Shown here one piece after another: positions 10,928 through 20,027 of a DNA stretch of 64,000 nucleotides. The notes under the pieces were generated by a model. It had not been told where the DNA came from. It made no database searches and was given only the letters and a program-made list of their open reading frames with translations. Origin of the DNA: Nitrosopumilaceae archaeon. Its GTDB lineage: Archaea > Thermoproteota > Nitrososphaeria > Nitrososphaerales > Nitrosopumilaceae. A program made the translations under genes and the position numbers. The stretch lies in assembly GCA_965200155.1 (NCBI GenBank), contig CBDATR010000024.1:288001-352000 (forward strand). The letters run 5' to 3'. The first letter of the stretch is position 1; each line of letters starts with the position of its first letter.

Positions 10928-12177
10928 TTCGCGTATTATGCGCGGACGACTCACAGATATTCCGGCACCTAAATTCTGCAAAATCCGGCAACCATAACAT
11001 GATACAATCAATCATTGATGCCGTACGGGAAAGGGGTGATGACGCCCTGACAGAATTTGATACAAAATTTGGCGGGGCGGCTAGCTCACTGCGCTTGGAA
11101 CAGAACGACATAAGACAGGCATACAATGAAGTCAGTCCAGGCTTGCTGGAGGCTATTCGCAGCATGAGCCATAACCTGGAACGCGCAGAGCGCGCCCTCC
11201 TTGAGACTGTAAACTCTATTCCTGACATGAATGGCATAACCCGTACATTTACGCCCATTCCCAGTGTGGGCTGTTACGTGCCCGGCGGCAAGGCCCGTTA
11301 TCCCAGCTCCGCGGTAATGTCCGTGATACCCGCGTCTGTAGCTGGCGTGGATCGTATAGTAGTTGTCTCCCCTCCTGTTCGTGGCGGCATGGATGCGGCC
11401 ACAGTAGTCGCTGCGGATCACTGCGGCGCCCATGAAATATACTGTACCGGCGGGGCGCAGGCGGTGGCCGCCCTGGCATACGGCACTGAATCCATCAGGA
11501 ATGTTGATCGCATAGTGGGCCCCGGCAGTGCGGTGGTGACCGCTGCAAAGCGGATAGTATCCGCGGATGTTTCAATTGATATGACAGCGGGTCCCACGGA
11601 GCTGGGAATATTGGCCGATAAGGACGCGGACGCTGGCCTGATAGCATTGGATTTAATCTCACAGGCCGAGCATAGCCCGGACACGGTATGTTTTCTGATA
11701 ACTGACTCGAATGCCCTGGCGCGGAATGTATCTGCAACCATAGAGGCGCGCATGGGAGGCATTGAGCGCCCTGATATAGTGCGTACCAGCCTCTATGAGA
11801 ACGGCTTTATCGTTCTATGTGATAGTAAGAATCAGGCGCTTGATGTGGCACAACGACTGGCTCCTGAGCATTTGCAGGTTATGACCCGTGATCCCCGTAC
11901 AGATGCAGCCATGATTCGTACCGCTGGCCTGGTATTGGTGGGTCATAATACCCCGTCGGCCGCCAGCGACTACATGCTGGGCTCAAATCACATTCTGCCC
12001 ACCGAGGGCAGAGGTCGCCTGCGAGGTCAGCTCTCGGTACTGGACTTTGTACGCATGAATACTCGTGTGGAGGTGAATAATCAACAAATGCAGGATATAC
12101 TGCCACACATGATGTACATGACCGATGCCGAGGGGCTGCCCAACCACTTTGAGGCGGTACGGGGGCGTGTACGATAA
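10924..12177 (+). CDS. hisD: Histidinol dehydrogenase
   Basis: YVPGGKARYPSS, SQAEH, APEHL, GSNHILPT. Confidence 0.96.
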   Translation: MIRVLCADDSQIFRHLNSAKSGNHNMIQSIIDAVRERGDDALTEFDTKFGGAASSLRLEQNDIRQAYNEVSPGLLEAIRSMSHNLERAERALLETVNSIPDMNGITRTFTPIPSVGCYVPGGKARYPSSAVMSVIPASVAGVDRIVVVSPPVRGGMDAATVVAADHCGAHEIYCTGGAQAVAALAYGTESIRNVDRIVGPGSAVVTAAKRIVSADVSIDMTAGPTELGILADKDADAGLIALDLISQAEHSPDTVCFLITDSNALARNVSATIEARMGGIERPDIVRTSLYENGFIVLCDSKNQALDVAQRLAPEHLQVMTRDPRTDAAMIRTAGLVLVGHNTPSAASDYMLGSNHILPTEGRGRLRGQLSVLDFVRMNTRVEVNNQQMQDILPHMMYMTDAEGLPNHFEAVRGRVR

Positions 12178-13235
12178 TGGACTGGAATTCACGACTGGAG
12201 TGGCTTCGCAACATACCTTCATACAAGAAACCAGATATCTTGTCCGGCCTCCGTCTTGATTCCAACGAGAATCTTGCCATAGATGGACAAGATCAGTCCA
12301 AACTACTCCAAAGAGCCTGCCAGCGTACGGATGTGCGCATGTATCCACTGGATGGTACAGAGAGATTGATTGGTGCCCTGTCCGTATATCTTGGAGTACC
12401 AACAAACATGATATCTATGGGGGACGGCTCTGACCAAATCCTGGATATGCTACTATCAAACATGGCTGGTCATGATGCCCGCATTCTGACCACCGACCCC
12501 ACATTCACTCTCATTGTGAACCGTTGCAACCTGTATGGAATATCACTGACACAGGTACCATACACTGATTCAATGACACTGGACACCGAGGCCATACTGG
12601 CCCAATCCGGGGAATCCGACATACTGTACCTTGACTCGCCCAACAACCCTACCGGTTACCAGATGCCTATCAACCACCTACGGCGTATTGTGGAATCTTT
12701 TGAGGGGCCCATAATACTGGACGAGGCATATGCGGACTTTGCGCCCTATTCTGCATACTCCATGGTTGACTCCGCCCCTAACCTGGTGGTTGTCCGTACA
12801 CTCTCCAAGTCCTTTGGACTGGCTGGCCTGCGAGTGGGATACATGATCGCAAATCCTGACATTACTGAGCCCTTCTCCCGCGCCGTGCAGTATCCGTATC
12901 CCATTTCGTCTGTATCTATAGAGTCTGCAATATTGGCGCTGGAGAATCCCCGGGTTGCGGAAGACTCCTGGGATACAGTGCGCCGTGAACGACAGAGAAT
13001 TATACGCGCATTACGGGAGCATGACGTGTTTACAGTATTCGAGTCTGCTGCCAACTTTGTACTATTTGACGCAGGCGGTGCATATCGCCGTATACACAAG
13101 GCCCTGTGGGAGCAGGGTATATCGGTGCGCATGCTGGGCTCGGTGGGCAGTGCTACCGGGTGTCTGCGGGTAACGGTGGGTTCCCGGGACGTCAACTCCC
13201 GTTTTCTGACAGCGGTACGGGATCTGCTAAAGTAA
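12177..13235 (+). CDS. hisC: Histidinol-phosphate aminotransferase
   Basis: SPNNPTG, DEAY, RTLSKSFGLAGLRVG. Confidence 0.95.
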   Translation: MDWNSRLEWLRNIPSYKKPDILSGLRLDSNENLAIDGQDQSKLLQRACQRTDVRMYPLDGTERLIGALSVYLGVPTNMISMGDGSDQILDMLLSNMAGHDARILTTDPTFTLIVNRCNLYGISLTQVPYTDSMTLDTEAILAQSGESDILYLDSPNNPTGYQMPINHLRRIVESFEGPIILDEAYADFAPYSAYSMVDSAPNLVVVRTLSKSFGLAGLRVGYMIANPDITEPFSRAVQYPYPISSVSIESAILALENPRVAEDSWDTVRRERQRIIRALREHDVFTVFESAANFVLFDAGGAYRRIHKALWEQGISVRMLGSVGSATGCLRVTVGSRDVNSRFLTAVRDLLK

Positions 13236-14128
13236 TGAATGACATATGCCGGGCCGACGGCATAATATTCGACTGTGATGGTGTTTTGGTGGATGTGGCC
13301 CAATCATATACGGAGACCATAATCCGTACGGTGTCATACGTGATGCAGTGGTTGGGCATGCCCGGGGCGCCATCCATAACCCCTGCCATAATACAGTCCT
13401 TCAAGGATACCGGCAGCTACAATAACGAGATTGATTTGGCATATGCTGCCATACTGTGCCTGTCCGGCTCCGATCGCACCGGACTTAACCCGTCCGAGGT
13501 ACTTGATACAGGTTCCCGGTATCATGGCATATCTGACATGGAAGAATATGCTTCTACATTGGGTATATCTGATGTACTGGAGAGACTGTCATACCCAGGC
13601 AAGGACAGTATTGTCTCTGAGGTGTTTGATCAGCTGTTCTACGGGCCACGCCTTTATCATGAACGGTTCGGTATTCCATCCAGATTTAGCGAGCCTGGCT
13701 TAATAGAGAATGAGATACTGGTGATTGATACGCCGTTGTCCCAGTGGTTACGCACAAAGTTTGGCGAGCGGATAGGATTACTCACTGGCCGGAGCAGGAG
13801 ATCCGCCGAGTATACATTAGGTAAGTACATGAACTTGTTCAATGTGGATGCGTCCATGTTCCTGGAGGATATGCCAAGACACCTGGCAAAACCAAACCCG
13901 CAAACACTATCTGATGTCATTCGCGCCATGAATCTAAGACACTGTACATATGTGGGCGACTCTGCCGAGGACTTGATAATGGTAAAGGCAATGCCGGATA
14001 TGGTTACATTCGTCGGCGTATATGGCTCCGCACCAATCCCGGAGGATCGCCGCCGTGCATTTGAATCGGCAGGAGTTGTGCACATGGTGGGCTCCATTAC
14101 ACAGCTGCCCACCCTGTTGGGTCAGTAA
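13235..14128 (+). CDS. HAD-family hydrolase (possible histidinol-phosphate phosphatase)
   Basis: FDCDGVL, KPNP and YVGDS motifs; coupled to hisC through TAATG. Confidence 0.85.
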   Translation: MNDICRADGIIFDCDGVLVDVAQSYTETIIRTVSYVMQWLGMPGAPSITPAIIQSFKDTGSYNNEIDLAYAAILCLSGSDRTGLNPSEVLDTGSRYHGISDMEEYASTLGISDVLERLSYPGKDSIVSEVFDQLFYGPRLYHERFGIPSRFSEPGLIENEILVIDTPLSQWLRTKFGERIGLLTGRSRRSAEYTLGKYMNLFNVDASMFLEDMPRHLAKPNPQTLSDVIRAMNLRHCTYVGDSAEDLIMVKAMPDMVTFVGVYGSAPIPEDRRRAFESAGVVHMVGSITQLPTLLGQ

Positions 14129-14251
14129 CGCATATGTGCGTAAATTCACGTCCGACGGATCGCGATGATTAGGATATGTATCGTGATTCTCGACCCAATA
14201 TCCACCAGTAATACTTTACATTGCACAGTATACCATCTCATTCTCAGTATG

Positions 14252-14343
14252 GTGTGAGTTCGCTTGCGTTTACATTAATGCATAGCGGATCGTAGCAATC
14301 AGTATGGTTTTTGAGCACTGGGATTGGAGATGCGAATTCATAC
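14252..14343. mobile_element. Old, diverged MITE1 copy
   Basis: 92 bp, GTGTGAGTTCGC…GCGAATTCATAC, collinear with the MITE1 consensus. Confidence 0.7.
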
Positions 14344-14845
14344 AATCGGGATGTGTGGTTGGTGCTTAAGTGATCGTACTGCCTAAACGGTTTAACTGGT
14401 ACGTGAACTCAAGTTTGTTGTATAATCAAGTTACGTTGAAAAATTGCACTGGTGACAATAGTTTGTACATTTCCATCAGTGACAGTCATTAGATCCAAGT
14501 CAATAGTACGAAAAGTAAGTCCGCTTAGGATCCGGCGTACAGTAGTTCAGATTGCACAAGCCATATGGTAAAGAGAATAACAGAGGAATCAAGACAAAAG
14601 AGGCGTTGCCACAACCAACATAGCTCAAGACCCGAAACAAGACACGTACGAAGATTGTGAACCAGAGAACGGGAACTACTCGAGTAAAGATGGGCAGGCC
14701 CATGATACCAATCACCGCCACCCAGATACGAATGGTAACTGAATCATACAGCAAGGATCCCGCCGGAGTAGTACGTATTGCAAAGAGGCTTAGACATGAT
14801 ACATATCGCGCAGTATATCGCATAATGAAAAAGAACGGTACGGCA

Positions 14846-14955
14846 GGCTCATCACCTGCAAAGTCAGAGTGGGTACGCTATGCTGACTTGCTTGGTGCAC
14901 GATTCCATGCCGCTGCTCGGCTCATCACCTGTAAAGTCAGAGTGGGTACGCTATG
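14846..14955. repeat. 37-bp direct repeat, 36-bp unique insert, 37-bp direct repeat (CRISPR-like single-spacer unit inside an IS)
   Basis: GGCTCATCACCTG(C/T)AAAGTCAGAGTGGGTACGCTATG at 14846-14882 and 14919-14955; the paralog near 37085-37125 has a single copy and no insert. Confidence 0.95.
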
Positions 14956-15280
14956 AGCGTAAATATTCCAATGTGGCACGTAGACTGGCATGTCATGAAA
15001 GATGAGCGCTTCAAGGGACTGAATCTCATAGATGATGCATCCAGGTGTATAGTCGGAGCGGCACTATTTGAGCATGCAACCTGAGAACGCCACTCTATTA
15101 CTGAGACTGGTAATGAAACGATTCGGCGACCCTGCATCTCGGATAACGGCGCGTGTTTCGTAGGACAATAAAAGGGCAAAAAGAACTGGAAACCCACTAT
15201 TCTAGGAAGAACTGCTGGATCAAGACATCATACTAATCAATTCCAGACCATGCCACCCGCAGACAAATGGCAAACTGGAG

Positions 15281-15379
15281 GTATGAGTTCACCTGTGTCT
15301 AAATTTACGCACAACTGATCGCGACAGTTAAAGAACCGGTTCTTTTGTGCACAAGATTCCGGAAGACGTGAACTCATAC
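15281..15379. mobile_element. MITE1 variant (99 bp) inside the IS481-like relic
   Basis: TSD AACTGGAG; empty site at ~36777-36784; AGAACCGGTTCT replaces TGTGA. Confidence 0.95.
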
Positions 15380-15659
15380 AACTGGAGCGCTTCCACAGAA
15401 CGATTGAGGACGAGATATGACATCATGACAGTCTCCGGGATTATGTTGACTACTACAATGAGAGAAGATTGCACTTCTCACTGGATAGATAACGGCGAAA
15501 CACCACTCCAGGAATAAAAAGGCGACCCAGACAATTAGGGCAAATGATGCAAAATGGATGGAGCGGGATGCCAATGACTAGCGGACCGACTTTTCATACA
15601 TTACAACTCCCACATTGGGGCCAAAGTTGTTAAATGGTATTTCCGGTCTCTATATCATA

Positions 15660-16244
15660 ATGAACCGCACGTGTAGTATGAAACGCACAACCTCGGAGAC
15701 AGATGTTGGGGTATCGGTGAACCTGGATGGGCTGGGCAAGGCCGACGTTGAAACAGGCAACAAATTCATAAATCACCTGATAGCGTCCTTCTCTCACCAT
15801 TCCATGATGGATGTACATGTGCGCGCCAGCTCACTGGACGGTATACTTCACCACTTGGTGGAGGATACCGCGATTACCCTGGGAAAGGCCATCTGTGATG
15901 CCCTGGGGAGCAGGCATGGCGTGGCGCGGTTCGGGCACACATCCATACCCATGGATGAGGCCCTGGTGGAGGTATCTGTAGATTTGATAAGACGCCCATA
16001 TGGCATGGTGAATCTGTCCCTAAAGGGGGACTCCGTGGAGAATGTGCCCCATGAGGATATAACCCACTTCTTTGCCTCACTAATACAGAATATGGAGGCA
16101 TGCGTGCATGTGCGTGTCATATACGGCGATAACGATCACCACAAATCCGAGGCGGCAATAAAGGCACTGGCAGTATCGATGCGGCAGGCAATATCCCCTG
16201 ACAGTAAGTATTCGGGAGCTCCCAGTACCAAGGGGACCATGTAA
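15660..16244 (+). CDS. hisB: Imidazoleglycerol-phosphate dehydratase
   Basis: RTTSETD, HHLVED, PMDEAL, NDHHKSEA, PSTKG. Confidence 0.96.
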   Translation: MNRTCSMKRTTSETDVGVSVNLDGLGKADVETGNKFINHLIASFSHHSMMDVHVRASSLDGILHHLVEDTAITLGKAICDALGSRHGVARFGHTSIPMDEALVEVSVDLIRRPYGMVNLSLKGDSVENVPHEDITHFFASLIQNMEACVHVRVIYGDNDHHKSEAAIKALAVSMRQAISPDSKYSGAPSTKGTM

Positions 16245-16840
16245 TGGTCCGTCTGGCGCTGTATGATTATGGTGCGGGAAACATATTCAGCCTAAAAAAC
16301 TCTTTTGAGAGACTGGGAGCCCAGGTGGATGTAATTGCCGACTTTGGCAAAACAGGATACTCCGGGTTACTGCTTCCTGGTGTGGGCAGCTTTGATGCAG
16401 CCATGCTGGATATGCCGAATCCGGGCATCCATGAATTTGCCGGTGACACATTACCGGTTTTGGGCATATGTCTGGGCATGGAGATGTTTCTGGATTCCAG
16501 TGACGAGGGGAGCGAGGCCGGTCTTGGTGTCATACCGGGCAGGGTGGAATCGTTACCCCCCACCCTGAAGGTACCACATATGGGGTGGAACAGTTTGGTT
16601 ATACACAGGCAGGGAATACTGCTGAATGGTGTTGATAACAGTTCATGGGTATACTATGTACACTCATACATGACTCATCCTGATGATGATGCAGTCATAA
16701 CCGCGGTATCAGACTACGGCATGAATATACCGGCCGTACTTGAGAGGGGTAATTATTTCGGTACACAGTTTCATCCGGAAAAGTCCGGACCCACGGGCCA
16801 GCTTATACTGGAGAATTTTCTGCGTGAATGTAAAAAATGA
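16244..16840 (+). CDS. hisH: IGP synthase glutamine amidotransferase subunit
   Basis: LPGVGSF, GICLG, PHMGWN, QFHPEKS. Confidence 0.97.
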   Translation: MVRLALYDYGAGNIFSLKNSFERLGAQVDVIADFGKTGYSGLLLPGVGSFDAAMLDMPNPGIHEFAGDTLPVLGICLGMEMFLDSSDEGSEAGLGVIPGRVESLPPTLKVPHMGWNSLVIHRQGILLNGVDNSSWVYYVHSYMTHPDDDAVITAVSDYGMNIPAVLERGNYFGTQFHPEKSGPTGQLILENFLRECKK

Positions 16841-16853
16841 CTGGGGGAGTGAT

Positions 16854-17549
16854 ATGGTAAAGATAATTCCTGCCATCGATATAATGCAGGGACAGGTGGT
16901 AAGACTGTACCGGGGGGATCCGTCAAAAAAGACCGTGTACGGCGATGATCCGGTAGCCACCGCAAAACAGTGGGAATCGCAGGGCGCCCATATGCTGCAT
17001 GTGGTAGACCTTGATGCCACCCTCTCGATGGGGAGTAACTCGCATATCATACACGAGATAGCCCGGGCAGTATCAATTCCGGTGCAGGTCGCGGGCGGGC
17101 TTCGGGATGAGGGCGCCGTATCTGACATGCTGGCGCACGCCAATCGTGTTGTTATTGGCACGCTGGCCTTGGATACTGTCGCATTGCAGATTCTCCTGGA
17201 CCGTTATGGCAAGCGTATGGTGGTTTCTGTGGATCACAATAATGGCAACATGGTAACTCACGGGTGGAGGCGCGACTCGGGGCTGGACATGATATCGGCC
17301 ATGGCAAGATTCGTGTCCGCGGGTGTAACACAGTTCCTTGTAACTGATGTGTCCCGGGACGGCACCTTGAGCGGGCCGGACATGAAAGGGCTAAGTCGCG
17401 CATGCGCCATAGGTGATGTAATAGCCAGTGGCGGCATATCTGGCCCCGCTGATGTCTGGGCGGTATCCCACCTCAACCCATATGGCGTGATACTGGGTAA
17501 GGCGCTATACGAGAAAAGACTAACCATTCCTGAGGTACTGCAATGCTAA
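16854..17549 (+). CDS. hisA: ProFAR isomerase
   Basis: IIPAID, LHVVDLD, RDGTLSGPD, GKALYE. Confidence 0.96.
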   Translation: MVKIIPAIDIMQGQVVRLYRGDPSKKTVYGDDPVATAKQWESQGAHMLHVVDLDATLSMGSNSHIIHEIARAVSIPVQVAGGLRDEGAVSDMLAHANRVVIGTLALDTVALQILLDRYGKRMVVSVDHNNGNMVTHGWRRDSGLDMISAMARFVSAGVTQFLVTDVSRDGTLSGPDMKGLSRACAIGDVIASGGISGPADVWAVSHLNPYGVILGKALYEKRLTIPEVLQC

Positions 17550-18346
17550 CCCGCAGAATAATCCCCTGCCTGGACGTAAAAGGCGGCAGGGTGGTCAAGG
17601 GCTTGCAGTTCCGCGATATCCGGGATGCTGGGGACCCCGTTGAGATGGGTTCCAGATACAGTAATGGGGGGGCAGACGAGCTGGTATTTCTTGACATCAC
17701 AGCTTCCGAGGAGCGCCGTCGCACCATAGCCAAGCTGGTTCGTGATGTTGCCAGGGTTCTTGACATACCATTCACTGTGGGCGGCGGTGTTGCGTCCGTC
17801 GAGGATGCACGTAACATACTGTTGAATGGTGCAGACAAGGCCGGCACTAATACCGGTGCCATAAGAAATCCCGGCCTGATAACAGAGATGAGGGACATAT
17901 TTGGCCGCCAGTGCGTGGTGGTTGCAATCGACGCAAAAATGAACCGTAGTACCCCACCGGATACCGCCAGTATATTCCACGATGATGCGGGCAGCTTCTG
18001 GTACGAGGTCTGCATATATGGCGGCAAGAAACCAACCGGAATAGATGCCATATGGTGGGCTGGCCGCGCCGTGGATCTTGGTGCCGGCGAGATATTACTT
18101 ACCAGTATAGACCGGGATGGTACCAAGGACGGCTACGACATAACACTCACCGGTACTGTGGCCGACGCGGTGCCAGTACCAGTTATTGCCTCCGGGGGAT
18201 GCGGTACACCAAGGCACATGGCACAGGTATTGCAGGAGACCTCCGCGACCGCGGCCCTGGCGGCATCAATATTTCACTATGGTGAGCGGGCCATACATAA
18301 TGTAAAACAATACCTGGCAGAGAATAATATTCCCGTACGGTTATAA
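17543..18346 (+). CDS. hisF: IGP synthase cyclase subunit
   Basis: RIIPCLDV, GADELVFLDI, TSIDRDGT. Confidence 0.97.
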   Translation: MLTRRIIPCLDVKGGRVVKGLQFRDIRDAGDPVEMGSRYSNGGADELVFLDITASEERRRTIAKLVRDVARVLDIPFTVGGGVASVEDARNILLNGADKAGTNTGAIRNPGLITEMRDIFGRQCVVVAIDAKMNRSTPPDTASIFHDDAGSFWYEVCIYGGKKPTGIDAIWWAGRAVDLGAGEILLTSIDRDGTKDGYDITLTGTVADAVPVPVIASGGCGTPRHMAQVLQETSATAALAASIFHYGERAIHNVKQYLAENNIPVRL

Positions 18347-18371
18347 TATTGGGCAATACTTGCCAAGTATA

Positions 18372-18695
18372 ATGAAACTGGCTGTTGACAATCTGGACTT
18401 TGCCAAGGGCTCGGGGATAATACCCGTAATAGTGCAGGACACAGAGACCATGGATGTACTGACACTCGCATACTGTAACAGGGAGGCCCTGAATCTCACA
18501 CTAAAGACGCGCAAGTCCTGGTTCTGGAGTCGATCCCGCCAGAAACTCTGGATGAAGGGTGAGGAGTCCGGGAATACACAGGAGGTGGTAAATATATTGG
18601 TGGACTGTGACTCAGATGCCATAATATACCTGGTGAGGCCATCGGGGCCTGCCTGCCATACCGGCCAGCGAAATTGCTTTCATAACACGCTGTAG
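18372..18695 (+). CDS. hisI: Phosphoribosyl-AMP cyclohydrolase
   Basis: SRSRQKLWMKGEESG, DCDSD, ACHTG. Confidence 0.96.
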   Translation: MKLAVDNLDFAKGSGIIPVIVQDTETMDVLTLAYCNREALNLTLKTRKSWFWSRSRQKLWMKGEESGNTQEVVNILVDCDSDAIIYLVRPSGPACHTGQRNCFHNTL

Positions 18696-18809
18696 TTACT
18701 TAATCACAGTATTGATGGCTATGTCATTATTACTGAACTTTTTTGTGGCTAAAATTAAGTATTACTTAATTTTGTATTAGGATTTCTTATTTATGCTGTC
18801 TCTGAGATA

Positions 18810-20027
18810 ATGTACATGACAGTGCGTTGTCTTGTGTGCAGGGAGTGTGGCAAGGAGTATGAGTTATCATTTCAGTACATATGCGAGGATTGCTTCGGGC
18901 CACTGGATGTAGCGTATAACATTCCCGCTCTGTCAAGGGACACCTTTGCATTGCGAGATCATACGTACTGGCGATATTCTGAACTGCTTCCCATGCAGTC
19001 ACGCTCTAATATAGTGAGTATAGACGCGGGCATGACCCCGCTCATACATGCGGAGCGGCTGGGCAAGGAGCTGGGTTTGAGCAATCTGTATATCAAGAAT
19101 GACTCGGTGAACTCAACATTCTCGTTCAAGGATCGTCCCGCGGGGGTGGCCGTATCCAAGGCAAAAGAGCTAGGTCTTGCCTCGGTAGGGTGTGCCTCTA
19201 CGGGCAATCTTGCCTCGGCTACTGCCGCGCATGCTGCCCGGGGCGGACTTCCGTGTTACGTATTTGCTCCCAGCGATATAGAGATGGCAAAGATTGTTCA
19301 GGCTCTCTCGTATGGCGCAAATTTTGTAGCCGTGGATGGCACGTATGATGATGCGAATACAATAGCCGCCCAGATTGGGGACAGGCAGCGCATCGGTGTA
19401 GTAAACATAAATCTGCGGTCATATTATGTGGAAGGCTCAAAGACCCTAGCCTATGAGGTGGCCGAACAACTGGACTGGCAGACTCCGGATCATCTTGTTA
19501 TTCCCGTCGGTAGTGGCGCCATGCTGAATGCCATATGCAAGGGATTTGAGGAGCTGCAGGAAGCATCACTGATAGATGACTGCACTGGAATACATCCACA
19601 TGCGGCCCAGCCAAGGGGATGCGCGCCCGTGGTTAGCGCCTACGAGAATGGCGGTCCCGTAATACCCGTGGAGAAACCACAAACGGTAGCAAAGAGCCTG
19701 GCAATCGGAGATCCCGGTGACGGGCGATACGTAATAAAGAGACTGAAACAGTATGGCGGGAGTGCTTATGAGTGCACGGACAGGGAGATACTTGATGGCA
19801 TCATACAGCTGGCAAAGACTGAGGGTATATTCACCGAACCCGCTGGCGGTGTGGCCGTGGCAGTACTAAAGAAAATGGCAGAATCCGGAGCCATATCCCG
19901 GGACGAGAAGGTGGTCTGTTATGTGACTGGTAATGGTTTAAAGGCGACTGAGTCCATAATGTCTGTGTTGGAAAAACCCAAGGTTTGGAGCCCCGATGTG
20001 GCAGAAATAGCGGCGGTGATAAAGTGA
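18810..20027 (+). CDS. thrC: Threonine synthase family protein
   Basis: N-terminal Zn ribbon, SFKDR, ASTGN, EGSKT. Confidence 0.92.
   Translation: MYMTVRCLVCRECGKEYELSFQYICEDCFGPLDVAYNIPALSRDTFALRDHTYWRYSELLPMQSRSNIVSIDAGMTPLIHAERLGKELGLSNLYIKNDSVNSTFSFKDRPAGVAVSKAKELGLASVGCASTGNLASATAAHAARGGLPCYVFAPSDIEMAKIVQALSYGANFVAVDGTYDDANTIAAQIGDRQRIGVVNINLRSYYVEGSKTLAYEVAEQLDWQTPDHLVIPVGSGAMLNAICKGFEELQEASLIDDCTGIHPHAAQPRGCAPVVSAYENGGPVIPVEKPQTVAKSLAIGDPGDGRYVIKRLKQYGGSAYECTDREILDGIIQLAKTEGIFTEPAGGVAVAVLKKMAESGAISRDEKVVCYVTGNGLKATESIMSVLEKPKVWSPDVAEIAAVIK

Larger units (their letters stand above)
14500..15605 (+). mobile_element. IS481-family-like relic copy 1 (degraded rve transposase)
   Basis: MWHVDW, DDASR, SDNG and PQTNGKLERFH fragments; imperfect TIRs; paralogous to 36557-37490. 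Confidence 0.85.
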
